A program made the position numbers and the translations under genes. Below the pieces are notes generated by a model that was not told the origin of the DNA, searched no databases, and saw only the letters and a list, made by a program, of their open reading frames with translations. Below, in pieces: positions 30,472-32,000 of a DNA stretch of 32,000 nt (positions are counted from its first letter, which is position 1; each line of letters starts with the position of its first letter). The DNA comes from Methylorubrum extorquens (GTDB lineage: Bacteria > Pseudomonadota > Alphaproteobacteria > Rhizobiales > Beijerinckiaceae), in assembly GCA_900234795.1 (NCBI GenBank), contig LT962688.1, positions 4,650,001 through 4,682,000 of the forward strand, in the 5' to 3' direction.

Positions 30472-31559
30472 ATGACCGACGAGCCCTCGCGCCCCGGCCT
30501 CCTGCTGTCGCGCCGGTTCCTGTTGCGCGCGGGCGCTGCCGCAGCGGCTCTCCCGCTCGGCTTCGGGGTAGGCGGCGTGCGGGCCTGGGGCCCCGGTCCG
30601 GCCGTGCTGTTCGATCCCGGCCCGATCTGCCGCCCCGCCGCCGCGGAGGGGGGCCCGCCGGTCCCCTGAAGCCGATCAAGCTCGCCTGGAACGCCACCGC
30701 GATCTGCACCGCCGCGGCGCCGCTGGCCAAGGAGCGCGGCATCTTCGCCGCCCACGGTCTCGACGTGGAGTTCGTGAATTTCGGCGGCTCGACCGAGGCT
30801 CTGTTGGAGGCCATCGCCACGGGCAAGGCGGATGCCGGCATCGGCATGGCGTTGCGTTGGCTCAAGCCGCTGGAACAGGGCTTCGACGTGAAGATCACCG
30901 CCGGCCTGCACGGCGGCTGCCTCCGGCTGCTCGGCGCGAAATCCGCCGGTATCACCGACGTCGCGGCGCTGAAGGGCAAAACGATCGCGATCAGCGATCA
31001 TGCGAGCCCGGCCAAGAACTTCTTCGCCCTGCTGCTCGCGCAGGCCGGCATCGATCCGGAGACCGGTGTCGAGTGGCGGCAATACCCGGCCGACCTCCTC
31101 AACCTCGCGGTGGAGAAGGGCGAGGCGCAGGCGCTGGCCGATTCCGATCCACGCACGTGGATCTGGCTGAAGGACCCGAAATTCACGGAAGTCGCGACCA
31201 ACCTCTCGGGGGCGTATGCCGATCGCACCTGCTGCGTGGTCGCCGTGCGCGGCAGCCTGATCCGCAACGACCGCGCTGCCGCCGCCGCGCTCACCCGCGC
31301 CGTGCTGGAGGCCGGTCATCGCGTCCACGAGAACCCGGAGGACGCCGCACGCATCTTTTCGGGCTACGGCGGCAAGGGTTCGGTCGAGGATCTTGCCGCA
31401 ATGCTGCGCAGCCAGCACCACGGCGACCGCCCGGTCGGCACCGACCTGAAACGCCAGCTCGTGCTCTACGGCGACGAGCTCAAACAGGTGAACGTCCTCA
31501 AGCGCACCACCGACACGGCTAAGTTCGCTGAGCGCGTCTATGCCGACGTGCTGAGCTGA
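30472..31559 (+). pseudogene. NitT/TauT-family ABC transporter substrate-binding protein; Tat signal peptide and mature domain are in different frames (1-nt frameshift near the G6 run at 30648-30653)
   Basis: ATG 30472 (GGAG 6 nt upstream) encodes MTDEPSRPGLLLSRRFLLRAGAAAAALPLG (twin-arginine signal) and stops at 30667-30669. The binding-protein body (PLKPIKLAWNATAICTAAAPLAKERGIFAAHGLDVEFVNFGG...) continues in the frame of ORF 30438..31559. Confidence 0.8.
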
Positions 31560-31568
31560 GGGGCGCTC

Positions 31569-32000
31569 ATGACCAGCCTCACCGGATTCGCCGGCGCCTT
31601 ACCCGATGCCCAAGGGCGCCCCCCGGGGCTGCCGCTGCGAGCGCTCGCCCTCGGCGCGGCCTGGCTCGCGCTCGCGGCGGCGACCTACGCCCTGCCGGAG
31701 GACGGCGACTTCCCCACCACCGCCGCCTTCGCGGCCGGGGCCCTCGGCCTCAGCCTCGTCCTGCCGCCGCTGGTCGCCCGGTCGGCGCATCTCGGCCGGG
31801 CCGGAGCCTCCCTGGCGCACTGGACGCCCTGGCTGACGCTTCTGGCGCTGGCCCTCACCGCCTGGGAGCTCATCACGGCGAAGTTCGCGCTCCTGCCGAT
31901 GCCCTTCTTCCCGCCGCCGCAGGCGATCCTCGAAGTCTTCCTGGAAGACTGGCCGAGGCTCGGCGGCAGCATCCTGGCCTCGCTGAAGCTGCTCGCCGGA
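31569..32000 (+). CDS. ABC transporter permease (NitT/TauT family), N-terminal 144 codons; 3' end off the window
   Basis: Not in the ORF track (no stop in the window). My translation from ATG 31569 reads MTSLTGFAGALPDAQGRPPGLPLRALALGAAWLALAAA...TAWELITAKFALLPMPFFPPPQAILEVFLEDWPRLGGSILASLKLLAG. It has hydrophobic TM segments plus the LLP.P..(I/V) motif typical of SsuC/TauC-type permeases. Starts 10 nt after the binding-protein stop. Confidence 0.8.
   Translation, partial: MTSLTGFAGALPDAQGRPPGLPLRALALGAAWLALAAATYALPEDGDFPTTAAFAAGALGLSLVLPPLVARSAHLGRAGASLAHWTPWLTLLALALTAWELITAKFALLPMPFFPPPQAILEVFLEDWPRLGGSILASLKLLAG

Overview
High-GC (roughly 68-70%) window that looks like a chromosomal segment of an alphaproteobacterium of the Hyphomicrobiales, Methylobacterium-like. 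That guess rests on the HWE histidine kinase, DUF1236, Omp25-type porin and overall composition. All family calls come from reading motifs in the translations; no searches were run.

Left to right:
- The 5' part of a urease cluster on the minus strand: ureEF fusion, ureAB fusion, ureC running off the window.
- A DUF2778/Tlde1-like secreted protein.
- An oleate hydratase split by one in-frame TAG.
- A DUF1269 membrane protein.
- A 1016-aa GAF-5xPAS-HWE sensor kinase.
- A DUF4198 periplasmic protein.
- A secreted alpha/beta-hydrolase-like protein.
- A patch of small genes, including a cold-shock protein and a YkgJ-type Cys-cluster ORF that has no stop codon before it.
- DUF1236, a small Cys-rich secreted protein, an Omp25-family porin and a TrxR-like flavoprotein.

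The standout locus is at 20.4-25.4 kb. A family 2B (cNMP-domain) encapsulin shell gene is translationally coupled to a cysteine desulfurase with a ~270-aa disordered N-terminal extension, the expected cargo. Serine O-acetyltransferase lies upstream, followed by a 420-nt partly AT-rich leader.

The rest of the right side is also sulfur-related:
- A decayed O-acetylhomoserine sulfhydrylase remnant.
- An operon of SfnB-like acyl-CoA dehydrogenase, SsuD-like monooxygenase, SsuA-like binding protein and a His-rich cupin.
- A divergent NitT/TauT-type ABC transporter.

Four genes carry point disruptions: two homopolymer frameshifts and two in-frame TAGs. No rRNA, tRNA, CRISPR array or IS element was recognised. 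Many long ORFs in the track are antisense or out-of-frame artefacts of the high GC content.
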